From Eledone cirrhosa (lineage: Eukaryota), in the NCBI GenBank assembly GCA_964016885.1, contig OZ024741.1:113770001-113834000 (forward strand): a stretch of DNA of 64,000 nt. The letters are read 5' to 3'. Position 1 is the first letter of the stretch; every line of letters starts with the position of its first letter. Position numbers and translations under genes: made by a program. Of the stretch, positions 12,610 through 25,829 are shown piece by piece. The notes beneath the pieces were generated by a model. It saw only the letters and a program-made list of their open reading frames with translations, had not been told where the DNA came from and ran no database searches.

Positions 12610-12666
<57 letters not shown>

Positions 12667-12814
12667 CCAAAGATTAATATGGTTCGTTGATTATTCAACG
12701 AATACAATTTTACAATAGATTAGAAGCACTCGACAAAAAATTTTCCTGGAGTATCACTGCCACTATTGGAATTGAATAATCAAAACCGTAGCGGTATGTC
12801 GCATATCAAATCTT

Positions 12815-12877
12815 ATATTTATCTTATGAAAATGTACTTAAACACCACAGTACCTTTGAAATATGTATAATAAAATA
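12815..12877 (+). ncRNA. Degenerate hammerhead (core CTTATGA) in a small element at ~12665-12930
   Basis: tatttat-CTTATGA-aaat-gtact..agtac-cttt-GAAA-t-atgt-ATA-ataaaata; same family as 21906-21966. Confidence 0.55.
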
Positions 12878-13049
12878 TATATTTTGATTATGAGAATATT
12901 TTTCATTTATTAATATTTTGAATAATATATATATATATATACACACACACACACCCACACATACATATATGCATACATACGTGCACAGATACACTCTCAC
13001 ACTGACAAATAATTATAAATGTGTGCACACACTCACACACACATTTTTT

Positions 13050-13920
13050 TCACTTGGTTAGTCTGAAGGAAGAGGCAGTGCCTATGTTCTTCACAAGACT
13101 GGACATGCAATAGTTTAAGCAGAACATTAACAGCATCGATGTCTCTGACCTCGAAAATACCAGTGTACTTTGTAGGCACTCCAAGACCAGAAAGATAAAT
13201 GCTGATACATTCAGCTTAAACTGTTGCAGGTTCACTGTGTTTGGATTTTCGAAAAAGATCCAGAAGGCCAACATTGTTGACAGGAAGAACTAAGCATTAT
13301 GGTTAGTGTGTGGCCTGAGGACACATATAATATGGGTGATGAATGGAAAGACAAGTAAATAAGTGTTTGAGTTGTTGTGCTATGAGACTAGCAAGTTCTG
13401 GGGAGTAGCAACCACTGGAGTAATTGTAGAAGAGGCTGAAGGAAATAGCTGCACATCTGTTAGCCATAAGCAGGGAACTGTCCGAGAATGACTTGAAACC
13501 CATTGGCTGGGACGTTTTTTATGGGTGTGTCCTATAATTCTAGTATAAGTATCAGATATTGGAGTAGTACTCCATTGTAGGTCTCACGTGGATCTTGTAG
13601 AGGGCCATTATTTGTTGGGCTCTGAAAAGAAGGGCCAGTAATCATGATACAGTTCTAGCTATGTTGAGAAATTCCCATTGATTGTGAAGCCTAACATTTT
13701 GAGTGATCACAGGGGTTCTAATTTTGACAGAAAGCCAGCTCTCTCTACATTCACCCAACTTTTAACAAATATACCAGATGGCGGTGGGGACAGCACTTCT
13801 CTTTCCACTCTCCAAATAGAACTTGAAAAAGTTGATGAGGGTTTAGCTGAAGAAAAACTGTTTTCAGTACTTTCAGTCATATCCACCATACAACCTCTTT
13901 TGTCATAGCCACCAGACAGT
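13050..13920 (-). mobile_element. Degraded LINE RT 3' end (CR1/L2/Jockey group)
   Basis: Fragments such as ANRCAAISFSLFYNY..G.YSPELASL resemble the post-RT 'HRR...SLFYRY..G.CS.ELA' segment; many stops. Confidence 0.55.
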
Positions 13921-13929
13921 TTCCAAATT

Positions 13930-14365
13930 ATAATAATTGTTTCTACTTTGAGCACAAGGCTAGCAATTTGGAATGAAGGAATAGTCAATTGAATCAATCC
14001 TGGTACTTAACTGGTACTTTATTTTATCGACCCTAGAAAGGGGAAAGGCAAAGTTGGCCTCAGTAGATTTTAAACTCAGAACAGAACAAATACCACACAG
14101 CATTTTGTCTAACACTCTCATGATTGTACCAACCCCCTACCAATAATAATAATGGTTTCTGATTTAGGCACAAGGCCAGAAATTTTGAGCGAGGTGAAAG
14201 TCGATTAAATCGATTCCAATGCATTCCTGGTAGTTTATTTCATCGGCGTCGTAATGATGAAAGGCAAAGCTAACCTTGACGGGATTTGAACTCAGAATAT
14301 AAAAGGCTATAAGTATATGCCACAAAATATATTGTCCGATGCTGTACCAATTCAGCCAATAATAA
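13930..14365 (-). mobile_element. Two adjacent tRNA-derived SINE copies (family 1)
   Basis: Reverse complement of B box gagttcaaatccc, gcctttcatcc..gtcgataaaataaagtaccag core and ccttgtgc tail. Confidence 0.8.
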
Positions 14366-14559
14366 TAATTTCTTTTTTATTAATAACGTCCTTTATCTGC
14401 TAGATACGCATAAAAACATGTAGGGAAAAATAACAAAAATTGAAGATAAAAAACATTAAAAAATTACAATAAACAGAGACAAATAAAACAAAAACACATA
14501 AAGAAGTTCACAGATGTGAAGCTGTCTTCCATAATATTCCATAACACCCTTCCTTATCC

Positions 14560-14795
14560 CACAACCACTGCCTCCTCCACCACTACTACCACTAATCCAC
14601 TACCACTGCCACCATCACCACAACTGCTACCATCTCTATCACCACCACTGTTACCATCTCTATCACCACCACTGCTACCATCACTACCAGAAACTAATGC
14701 CACTACCACTGCCACCACCACCATCACAACTGCTACCTTCACTACTACCACAACTAATGCCACTATCACCACCATGCTCGCCCAACCACCACCTG
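14560..14795. repeat. Degenerate (CAC/CTA)n low-complexity tract
   Basis: accactaccactgccaccatcacc runs. Confidence 0.85.
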
Positions 14796-14921
14796 ATGTT
14801 TTTTTTATTGTTATAGAAAGTCTTTTTGCATGTGTATGTAAATGTTTTTTTGTTTTTTTTCTCTCTCAATTCATTTTCTAAAATGGTTTGTATGTATGTT
14901 CAATTAATCATAGCAATATAC

Positions 14922-14961
<40 letters not shown>

Positions 14962-15044
14962 TTATATATATATATATATATTGGTAGAACACTGGAAGGT
15001 AATATTCGTAGTGGTAGAGCACTCAATCCATGGGATGAGTTAGG

Positions 15045-15159
15045 TAGAAGTGGTTACACAACAGTTAGTTCACCATACTGAGAACAATTGTTTCATATTA
15101 GCGGATCCACAGCTCGAGCTGTTCTCGGTATGGTGAACTAACTGTTGTGTAACCACTTC

Positions 15160-15161
<2 letters not shown>
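15045..15161. repeat. 42-bp inverted repeat (hairpin) inside a TA-flanked element at ~14982-15165
   Basis: 15045-15086 pairs with 15120-15161, with one G.T mismatch and a 33-nt loop. Confidence 0.9.
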
Positions 15162-15196
<35 letters not shown>

Positions 15197-15317
15197 ATAT
15201 GTATATTGAGTTATTTATTATCACTGTACCTAGGGGCAAAAACAAAACAAATCCTTTTTACATCTTTTTGGAGTTAAACAAAATTCTTTCCAATTATTTC
15301 TTATGTATTCAGAAGAA

Positions 15318-15550
15318 AATTCTTCTTCTTCTCTTTCTTCTTCTTCTTCTTCTTCTTCTTCTTCTCCTCCTTCTATTTCTTCTTCTTTTTCTCCTCCTTC
15401 TTCTCTTTCTTCTTCTTCATCTCTTTCTTCTTTTTCTTTTTCTTCTTCTTCTCTTTCTGCTTCTTCTTCTTCTTCTTCTTCTTTTTCTTCTCTTTCTTCT
15501 TCTCTTTCTTCTTCTACTTCTTCTTCTCCTCCTCCTCCTCTTCCCTCCTT
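15318..15550. repeat. (CTT)n polypyrimidine tract
   Basis: Direct reading; source of the spurious poly-L/S/E ORFs. Confidence 0.95.
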
Positions 15551-15599
15551 CTGGTGTTTCCTCCTTTCTGTTTTTGTGATAATGATTAATAATGATATA

Positions 15600-15792
15600 A
15601 TAATTGTTTCTACATTTGGCACAAGGCCAGCAATCACCCAGTGCATTACTGGTACTTTACTGTTACTTTATTTTATCGACCCCATAAGGATGAAAGGCAA
15701 AGTTAACCTCGACGGGATTTGAACTCAGACTGTAAAGGGACATAACTATGCTGGAAAGCATGGCATCTGACCCTCTACCAATACTGCCAATA
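15600..15792 (-). mobile_element. tRNA-derived SINE family 1
   Basis: Full head-core-tail similarity to 31823-32012. Confidence 0.85.
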
Positions 15793-16458
15793 ATGTTCAT
15801 TTATCCAAACCGAGATAACAAATAACTAATCCTACACACACTGACAGAGACATTATTTCATTATGATTTCTTATTTATTGCTATCATGGGGAAACATCTT
15901 TGATCTATTTACATTTCTGTTTATTGGTGAATCATACAAAGGCTTTTTACAAACATTCCTAGTAACATCCCCTGATAACAATCCCCTAGAGTCATAAGAT
16001 AACTTAAATTGCATTAATGAGGTTTTGCTTTCTCATCATTGCTAGTAAATTAACCCTTTTGATGCCAAATCACCTGGTTCTATAATACTTGTTTAAAAGT
16101 GTTTATATCTATTTTAAAATCTTTCTTCACAATTTTATTATTTATAAGGCTAATTAAGCTAATGTCTAGAGGTTCTGCAATGACCAGGAGCTTGTTAAAT
16201 TGTTTTGCTGTAGTGTGCGTGAAAGATTTTAAAAACTGAGTGGTCCAGAAATATCTGAAAGCCAAGAGACGTGGAAAGAACCATCGTTAAGTTATGTTTC
16301 AAATGCCAAGTGTGGTGAAAGATTTAAAAGAAATACTTGAAAGCCCAAGGGCCTGGCTAGAACCTTTGTTAATTTATGTGGCAGATGCTGACTTAATAAT
16401 GATAAAGTTAGTTATTTTACTAAATCATTTCAAATTTTTTATTATTTTGAAAATTATA

Positions 16459-16540
16459 CATTCTAACATGCACTCTAACATGCACTCTAGCATGCACTCT
16501 AACATGCACTCTAACATGCACTCTAACATGCACTCTAATA
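16459..16540. repeat. 12-bp minisatellite (cactctaacatg), ~7 units
   Basis: Direct reading. Confidence 0.92.
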
Positions 16541-17190
16541 TGAAGGGAAGCTAGACTCATGGTCAAGGTAATACATTATGGCATAAAAAAAAAACGGGAA
16601 AAATTCTGTTTAACCTTTGAGGACTAATTTTTACATCTACTTGCATGGGTTGGACAGGTTCTTTCCAAAACATCTCACCATTTGTTGTATTCGTTTGTCA
16701 TCTCTTTGTACCTATCCTTCCCTAGGGATGTTCCTGTTGAAGATCAATTTATTTTCTCTACCTAAACAGCCTAATTTTCAAAAATTGATTCTTTGAATAT
16801 TGTTATATTCATGGGGGGTGGGGGTCGTGTTGTTCTAATATTAGTATATTTGGTATTGAAATAAATTTCTTCAATTTGAACAATATTAGTGTGCAATCTT
16901 ACACAAACTATCAGCTTATTTCCAAGGAGATCAGTTAGATCAGCTAGAACCAAAGTGAAGCACTAGAAACCAAATAACATGAGATTTAATTAAATGAACT
17001 AACAAACATCTTTCAAAGTGTTCTATACTGTAATATTCAGGGTGCAGGCAACAATTACATCATATGTGTACTTGTTTCAACTTGATACTGTTTGCTAATA
17101 GTTGATTATATATAAACTTTAATATAGAAATGGCTTCTACAGGATTAGAACATACATATGTATATCCATATTGTATATACATACATACAT

Positions 17191-17224
<34 letters not shown>

Positions 17225-17254
17225 AATGAAATATTCTGTTTATTGTTTTTCCAG

Positions 17255-17328
17255 AATTATATTCTAAAGTTAATCATCAACCAAATTAAAATACTAGGCT
17301 GGGAGAACGAAGGAAGTATTTTCACAAA
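17255..17328 (+). CDS. M1 aminopeptidase exon C
   Basis: tttttccag|...|gtaagt; 74 nt; NYILKLIINQIKILGWENEGSIFT(K), with the LGW motif. Confidence 0.88.
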
Positions 17329-17610
17329 GTAAGTTGAAATCAATTTATAATTATCTTAGCATTGTATGTGCATGTACAGGCATACACATATACATGTATA
17401 TATATATATATGTCTATATCATCTTTATTTTTACATCTACTTTTGTATGTTGGCATGGGTTGAGGGGTCATTATGAGGCAATATTTAACAGCCAGGTGCT
17501 CTTCCTGACAACAATCCTTTTAATTGCTTCTTATAACATGTAGTGATATGGTGTACCTATTCTAAACCACACACACACACACAGGGCGTCCCAAAGATTA
17601 TATACACCAT

Positions 17611-19713
17611 TCATCATCATCATCATCATCATCGTTTAACGTCCATCTTCCACGCTTGCATGTGTTTGGACGAGAGTTTTCCCACCTGAGGCAAGATTGG
17701 TCATCTTGCTCGTATAGAACTGTCTGGCGGGTTTTCTACGGCTGGATGCCCTTCCCAACACCAACCACATTTACAGTGTGTACTGGGAGGTTTTTACCGT
17801 GTTACCTACACGGCCACATTACAGCGTGGACTGTGTGTTTTTTTTTTTGTTGTGACACCTACACGACCTCATTTGTTTCGGACTGGATGTTGTGGTACCA
17901 ACATAACTTCACATTTAAGGGGGTGGTGTGGATGGGGTGGGGGTAGTGGGATGGGGGTGTATTTCGTTAGAGGTGCCTACTGACTGTAGGTTTCGCTTTG
18001 TACTCAGGCAAGGCGGGTCTTCTGTATAACTGTGTAGCGCCAAAGCTCTGGTCCAGTGACATTGTCTTGGAGAGGTGTAAGTGTATGAGGTCGGAATTTA
18101 TCAAGTCGTCCCAGGTTTTTCTGGGTCTGCCATCTATTTTTATCGCCCTGCACTTTTTTATACAGCTGTCGTCTTTCATGCGCATCACGTGGCCGTACCA
18201 ACGTAGTCTTCTCTCGAGTAAACAACATCTGATCCCTCTTATTCCTAATTTCTCCCTTAGTTCGTTTATGCTTTGCCATTCACGTAACATTGTTGTTCTT
18301 ATGCAGGCATCATACAGCCTGCTTTTCATTTTTAGAGAGAACCCTTTAGCGGCCATTAGTGGTATAAGCTCTCTGAACTTTTTCCATCCCGTTCTGACTC
18401 TAGCTACTGTACTTTCAGAGCACCCTTCCCCACTGCTGATTTTGTCACCCAGGTAACGGAAGCTGTCCACTATTTCTATACAACCATCTGTGCAATGGAA
18501 TGAGTTAGTATCCTATAGGCACTTGCTGCTACTTATTGCACCAGAGCACCGGCCACATATAAAATCTATATTCTTAATTAGCTTACCTGTGATCCCACTA
18601 CATCCTTTATGCACCCATACTTTGCATTTGGGACATAAAATGGAGTTTCTGCCTACTCCTTTCCTACACACTGAGCATGGCCATTTCCCAGATGGGACCA
18701 GTGCCCTATTCTCCTTTCTACATATTAGAACTTTAGTCTTAGACAAGTTAATTTTAAAGCCTTTTGATTCTAGGTCATGCTTCCATGTTTGGAATTTCTT
18801 CTCTAGTTCAGCCATTGATTCGACTATGAGTGTTAGATCATCTGCATATAGAAGTTCCCATGGACAGCCGGTCTTGAACTCCTCCGTTATAGCTTGGAGG
18901 GCGATAATAAATAGGAGGGGGCTAAGGATAGAGCCCTGATGAACACCAACTTTTATGCTAAACTCTTCACTATATTCGTTGTTAACTCTAACCTTGCTGA
19001 CTGTTTCTTTATACATGGCTTGTATAGCTCTCACAATCCATTCATCAACACCTAGTTTTCTAAGGGCCCACCAGATAATGGTGCGGGTGACTCTGTCAAA
19101 GGATTTCTCTAAGTCAATGAAAGCTAAGTATAGGGGTTTACTTTTAGCTAGGTACTTCTCCTGTAGTTGTTGTACAATGAAAAGAGTGTCCATGGTACTT
19201 TTACCTGACACAAACCCGAACTGTATTTCATCTAGATCAATTCGCTCTGTGATTAGTTGCGCTACTACTTTTTCTGTGACCTTCATGACCTGGTCAATTA
19301 ATTTATTGCCTCTATAATTTCCCCTATATAGGGTATCTCCTTTACCCTTGTAGCAGTTAATGCTGATGCTGCTATGCCAGTCCTTAGGTATGACTCCATT
19401 CTGTATGACTTGGTTTACTATCCGGGTGACCATAGTGTGTCCCACCGTTCCAGATGCTTTCAGCATTTCAGCAACTATTTCCGAAGGCCCAGCCGCCTTG
19501 CCCGTCTTCATATCTCTGATTGCTTTACTTATTATACTACCTTCAACTTGCACTGCTGGTCCCTCTATTGGATCGATGTGGGGGAGACTGTCTTTCTCCC
19601 ATTTATTCTCCTCATTTAGTAGCCTTTCGTAGTGACACTTCCAAGCTACCTTCTTATCAGCGTCAGTGATGCAAGTACACCATCATCATTATAGACACAC
19701 TTCTCCCCGACAA

Positions 19714-19715
<2 letters not shown>
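17611..19715 (-). mobile_element. 5'-truncated RTE LINE of the PHD-bearing family, with internal deletion and stops
   Basis: ORFs 18513-19553 and 17967-18470 are near-identical to 45641-48631; (GAT)n tail at 17611; 5' end fused to (TA)n. Confidence 0.93.
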
Positions 19716-19771
<56 letters not shown>

Positions 19772-20996
19772 CATCATTGTTGTCTGCTCAGTACAGAGCT
19801 TGACCACTGAATTGTACATGATGCTCAGTTCTGGCTTTTTTGACCAGGCATACTTTTTGAAAGCCATCCATATAAATTGTGTATTTGTTTTGATCAAGCT
19901 TGGACTGCCTGTGTATCTTGATGAGCCCTGAAATGTCTCCTTACACCTTTTTTGTTTGTTTTTCAAATTTTGTGTCATATGTGGTATTGATAAGGGTGAA
20001 CTGGTTTGTATATTCTAGAGTCAGTAGGGAGTGTCCTATTGTGTGGTCTTATGTAAGATATAAATATATACTTATATGCATACATTCATACATACATATA
20101 TACATACACATGTACACACACTTTTCTTTCTGCCCCTCTCTCCCTCTCTTTCTCTGTATAAATTATGTAGAGAACTTAGAGATATTTGGCTTTGAGTCTA
20201 AACATAAAGTAAGACTAGCTGTAGAAGGAAAACTCCAAAAAGAAAATGTTTTATCGGAAAAGTCGAGGAGGAGACCCTCTGATATAAACACTGTGGTTGA
20301 AATAGTTACATGTCATATTATGCCTGCTTATCATTGGTTGTTTAAACTATAGATACTTTAGAAAGTGGCATGCGTGTCAAGTCATCTCATACAATGATGT
20401 GTCGATGTCACTATAATCCAATGATGTGTAGATGTATTTCACTTTCTTTTGTGCATTGTTTTGTTTTTGTTTCAATTTTGTTTTGCTTTGTTTTGTTTTG
20501 TTTTGTTTTCTTTCCAAAGTTCTGAGGAGATGAAGAAGTAATGACATGTATTAACTTAAACCAGTTGGAAGCACATAGTCACAAATCTGCCCAGAGGCAG
20601 CGAGAATGCTTTCATCAATGAATAATGAGCTGGCTGGCCATCCTCTGACTGACAAGATAAAGCCATCATCATGGATGTATATATATATATGTGTGTATAT
20701 ATATATGTGTGTGTGTGTGTGTGTAGTTCCAACATCATAATCAATGTTTTTACATTCACTTTTCTATGCTGGTATGTGGTAGATGAGACATTTTGAGGTT
20801 CAAGTTCTCCACATATCCACAGATTCCAGACTCGAACTAATTGTTTCAACAACTAGTTCCAGTCTGGAACTAGCTGTTGAAATGGCAAGATCTCAGCCTT
20901 TGGGGTCTTGACTCATTCATATAATCATACTCTACTACCCCAAATATTGAGTAGTCTGGTGAGTAATGGTCAAACCAGTTTCTTGCTGAATCCATC

Positions 20997-21020
<24 letters not shown>

Positions 21021-21027
<7 letters not shown>

Positions 21028-21713
21028 GACGTAAAATAAGAAAATTATAAAAATTAACATACTTACTAAAATTTCACTCCAACTAATTAGTTTCTGAAAG
21101 GGAATAAACATGGTTTCCGAAGGAACGCATGGAGAAAGCCTTTCGTCATCAGGGAAGTCTATTCTCAGCTAAGTTCCCAGGCAATGCATGGACACAGGGA
21201 ACTTATACAAAAATAATTCAGTGGATGGAAAAAAGCAAAGCGTGGACTAAGTTCCAAGACATTGAAAAAATCACTGCCTACTTGGTCGGTGGCAAATTCA
21301 AAAGAATCAATCACATGACATCGAGGTTAATCAGTGAGGAGTGGGGTGTTAAGAAGACAGCAGCCGAACCATTACTATGAACTATAGCAGCAGTTTTGGC
21401 AAATTTTTGCTCAACAAAATAATTTGGAGATAATTATAAAGAATTAGTATATCTACCAACATATATATACAGATGCATACCTATGCTAGCAAATATATAG
21501 GTTTTGTCTTAGTAACTTTGTGGTTCAATGCAAGGGGATGAAGAACAATTATATGATAGTAAGTAAGTTAATTTTTATAATTTCTTATTTTACGTCTTTC
21601 ATATAATTGTTCTGCATCCCCTTGCATTGAACCACAAAGTTATTAAGACAATACCTATATATTTGCTAGCATAGGTATGCATCTGTATATATATGTTGGT
21701 AGATATACTAATT

Positions 21714-21718
<5 letters not shown>
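21021..21718 (-). mobile_element. Non-coding hammerhead-bearing retroelement (retrozyme or mini-PLE-like), with an inverted partial copy
   Basis: Nested inverted repeats 21021-21068/21557-21604 and 21437-21556/21599-21718; hammerhead at 21077-21156; (TA)n on both sides. Confidence 0.75.
21077..21156 (-). ncRNA. Type I hammerhead ribozyme motif, long stem II
   Basis: ttcc-CTGATGA-c-gaaagg[..catg..ttcc ttc ggaa..catg..]cctttc-a-GAAAC-taatta-GTT-ggag. Confidence 0.7.
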
Positions 21719-21770
<52 letters not shown>

Positions 21771-21905
21771 AGCAAAGGGATATTTAATTTGTTGGTAATT
21801 CAACAAATATATATATTTATAACTGATTCAAAGCGCTCAACAGGTTTTCTGGAGTATAATATCAATGATATTAATAAATGGAAACTATATTTATAAAACC
21901 ATATT

Positions 21906-21966
21906 TATTCTATTATATATATTTCAAGGGTACCAAAACTTTGGTACGTTCTCATCAGATAAAATA
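21906..21966 (-). ncRNA. Type I hammerhead ribozyme, intact core, in a ~270-bp TA-flanked element (21770-22040)
   Basis: tattttat-CTGATGA-gaac-gtaccaaa gt tttggtac-cctt-GAAA-t-atat-ATA-atagaata; 8-bp stem I. Confidence 0.8.
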
Positions 21967-23280
21967 CAAAGTTTGTTTTATAAATATTGACATATCCAGG
22001 AACGAGATCTTAACAGTTCAAGTTTTACCTGGATAGTGTATATATATATATTGAGAGAGAGAGAAAAAGAGAGACAGACAGGCAGATAGAGATACAATCA
22101 TGTGCATATAGTTCATTGTTATTTCTTGTCTTCTTTTCATTTGGCATAAATCTTTTCATTCTACATATTCTTTACATTTTTGTGTATATACACTGTGTGC
22201 CATGCATCTTCTGTTTTCGATTTTTGTTTATCTTGTTTAATCCTGCTTGAAGACATTGCTTTGAAAAGACTAAACCTTGCTTTTGAAAGGCCTTAAAGCA
22301 CTTTCTGTGATTAGTTTAGAATTGGCGTATAACAGCAAAGTTGGTGAATTTGTACATTCATAACTTAGCAGTTTCATTTGATGACAATATGTTTCTATTC
22401 AAGAGAAAAAACTGCACAGATATGGGCATGTGATGCAGATGGATAATGATTGATGGGTGAAGAAGTGCCAGTGAAAGGATGCTACAGTGGAGGAGGACCT
22501 GGGCAGAAGGGTTGAGAACAGATCTCAAAATGCTGAACCTGACAGTACAGATGACTAAGGGGTGCAGTAGGTGGAGGGAAGCTATGCTGGAAAAGGCTCA
22601 TCCAGCCCATGCAAACACAGAAAATTGGATATAAAATGATGATGAGGATGACGATGAATATCAGGCTTATGATTTTGAATAGTTTGAATATGAGGTCACA
22701 GCAACGTTGTCATAAATTGAATCCTAGCAACATTAAACAAATTTGCCTTTAAACTGACAATGGTTGAGACCAATATGATAACAATAAACTTTGTTGACAT
22801 TAAAACTTCGCTTCAACTGGAAATTACTGGATAATGTTCAGAGACAAAACATAAAGCATTTCTCTATCTACAAAACATCAAACCTAGATATCATTAACCA
22901 AGTACTTAAAGGCATCAGCATGTATTTATTTTTTTATTGAATCAATTTAAACGCTCGTACAGAGCTAGTAAGCCTGACAGATTAAGAGGGATATCTAATA
23001 TCACTTAAAATTAAGAAACAAAATCATGAGAGTCAGAAAAAAAAGAAAAAAGAAAATAGAAAAGAAGCAAAATAAAAAAAAAAGGTGAAAAAGATTGACA
23101 GCTATAAAGTAGCTAAATGTTTCTATTGTTGAATATTTCCATAGTCTCCATATACTGTAAGAATGTTTCTATTTGTGGTAGATCCTTATCAATATATTGC
23201 ACCTCCAATCACGGTAGATTTTTAAAAACCAGCTTCAAGATGTCATCTCTCTCAAGGCTGATAGTTTTTACATTGGAACA

Positions 23281-23476
23281 AATAATTGTTTCTACTTTTG
23301 GCACAAGGCCAGCAATTACCCAGTACATTACTGGTACTTTATTTTATCGACCCCGTAAGGATGAAAAGCAAAGTTAACCTCAGCGGGATTTGAACTCAGA
23401 ATGGAAAGGGCCATAACTCTATGCGTCAAAGCATGACGTCCGACCCTCTACCGATACTGACTGCCAATCCACCGAC
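23281..23476 (-). mobile_element. tRNA-derived SINE family 1 with TSD tggaacaaataat
   Basis: A/B boxes, core and tail present; 13-bp direct repeat on both sides. Confidence 0.9.
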
Positions 23477-25829
23477 TGGAACAAATAATGCCATAGAGTT
23501 TCTAATCATCAACAAAAGAACATTTTTTTTTTTTCATCTTAGAAGAAACTACTTTCAATAGAGTCATTGAGTATTACAATAGACTTTAGAAATATGTTCC
23601 AAACAGCCTGAAACAACCCTAGCTCTATGATACAAAACTGTTTCTTCTAAAGTGTTTATACTTATCAAAAAGTTTTCCACCATAACTTTAGGTAAGAACC
23701 TTCGTTAAGCAAGGCACCAAACACCAGATAAATAATGAGAAAATTAGTTATATTACAATCCAAATTCTTGATTATTTTCAAAACTGAAAATTATAGGCAG
23801 CGTCTATCATTAGAAATACGATAACAAAAGGATTAAAATACTACTAAAATGACAAGTCATGTAGTGAAAATCTGCATGTGTGCCTTTGCTTTGTGTGTGC
23901 TAATGTAAAACAGTATTTTACATGAGAAGGCAATTAGCCATTTGATAGAAATCAACAAAATAAATACCTGACTAAAACAAGTACTACCCTTTTCCTATAA
24001 AGCTACCTGAAGCTGCCCATGGTGCTACAATGATGAACCCTTTTTTTAAATTGTTTATATTTAAATTTAAACCTTGCATTGTAACTTTTTGTAAGAGCCT
24101 TTACTGAAGTTATGTTTTAAACACTAACTTAATATACAGAATGATATGCTTGTGTGTGGAGATGCTTATAAAATAGGATAAATACCCATAAAATGGAAAA
24201 AGAAGTTGCCATCAGCTACTGCCAACTTATTTTATGAACTATTTTATAGCATCTCCATGCATGAGCACACCTACTGTTTATTAACTTTATCCCCTCAGTG
24301 CTTTGTAAAAATCTGAGAGATCGGCTATGTATACTAACTTGATAATAAGAAAGATATCTTATAAATATCTACGAATTTGTTTTATTATTTTAGCGTTGAA
24401 TTTAAAACCAGAGACAATATATTTAATATAGTTAGAAATATAATGAAAAGGTTAAAGTGCTTGAAAGTGGTGCTCCATCATAGCCTCAGTCCAATAACTG
24501 AAACCACTATGTGATGTGCATATATGTTTACATTTAGAAAAATAATACTCAATACATATAGCAAAGTCAATGAGTTACTCCATATCTGAGTTTTATGCAT
24601 GTGCAAATATTCTGGCTCCCTGATAATGAATGCTGAAAAACAAGCTAGTAATGATTGTAGTATTGTTCTTCAAGTCAGGAGTGTAAGACAAAGCCTCACT
24701 TTAACAGGAAAGACAGCCATACTGACCTTATTAGCTGAGCTAAATCCTTTACATATGAAGCTAAAGGTGTTGGTAAAAATATTGGAAACTCAAATGAATT
24801 TTTCAACTAAAGACAGAATATGAAAATGAAGTTTATTCTCGTCAAGAAAAGAAAAATGTTGTATATAGATATTCTACCATCAAAAATAAGTTTAAAGTCA
24901 TATTTTACTCAGACATTTTAAATAGTCAACTATCAACTAATACCTCTCCTAAAACACACACATATACATGCACTCACACACAGACAAGCATACACATATG
25001 GAGACCAGTACCAAACTGATCAACTGAATCTTCATCCCCATCCTCACCTACCAGTACTATATCTGAACTGGAACAAAAACTCCCAACTTGTGCGATCAGA
25101 TGTCCCCAGTGAGCAGCTGGGAAACCCAGAAAGGACCAGGTCAGAAATGGAGACATCACACTATTGCCATACCAATAACTAGTTCATAGCTCAACAACAA
25201 ATAGAATAAATAAAATGCTTTGGTTACCTGTTAAGAGTGCCAATTTGACAACAGGTCACATGGGCCTGTCACATAACACAAATTCCTCAGTCTTCAGAGC
25301 CCAGAGAAGACCACACTGATGGTGGATTGATAGAGTCATAGACATACTCCACACCAGTGGTAGATTGATAGTCACAGACACATTCTACACTCACAGCAGG
25401 ACACTACTACAGACCTCTTGCCTACAGATCACAAGCTTCATTTATTCATGACACATTACAGTGACTAGATAAAATAATAAAAAATAAATCAGTCAATAAA
25501 TAATTGCATAAATTTTACTTGGATTATATAATGTTTGCACCAAAATAAAGAAAAAGAGAGAAAAATTAAATAGTGAAAGTATGGAAAAGTGGGGATGGAC
25601 CTGAAAATTCTACACTCTAGTTTAGGTAGTATATCTCAGCTGTGCCTACAGACAAAATGGTGAAAGCGGGCTGTGGAGAATAACCAGCAACACCCACTGC
25701 TTCAACCACTCCACCTCACAGGGCTCCTTCCTCAGGTGAGATGTACTCCTCTCATCTTTACAGAGGAAAAGGACCAAGGGTGCTAAAGGTCTCAATGGTG
25801 GCCACTACGTAAATGAATCAGTTGTTCAA

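Noticed and set aside
15145-15722. Poly-Leu, poly-Ser and poly-Glu ORFs
   Set aside because: Produced by the (CTT)n tract
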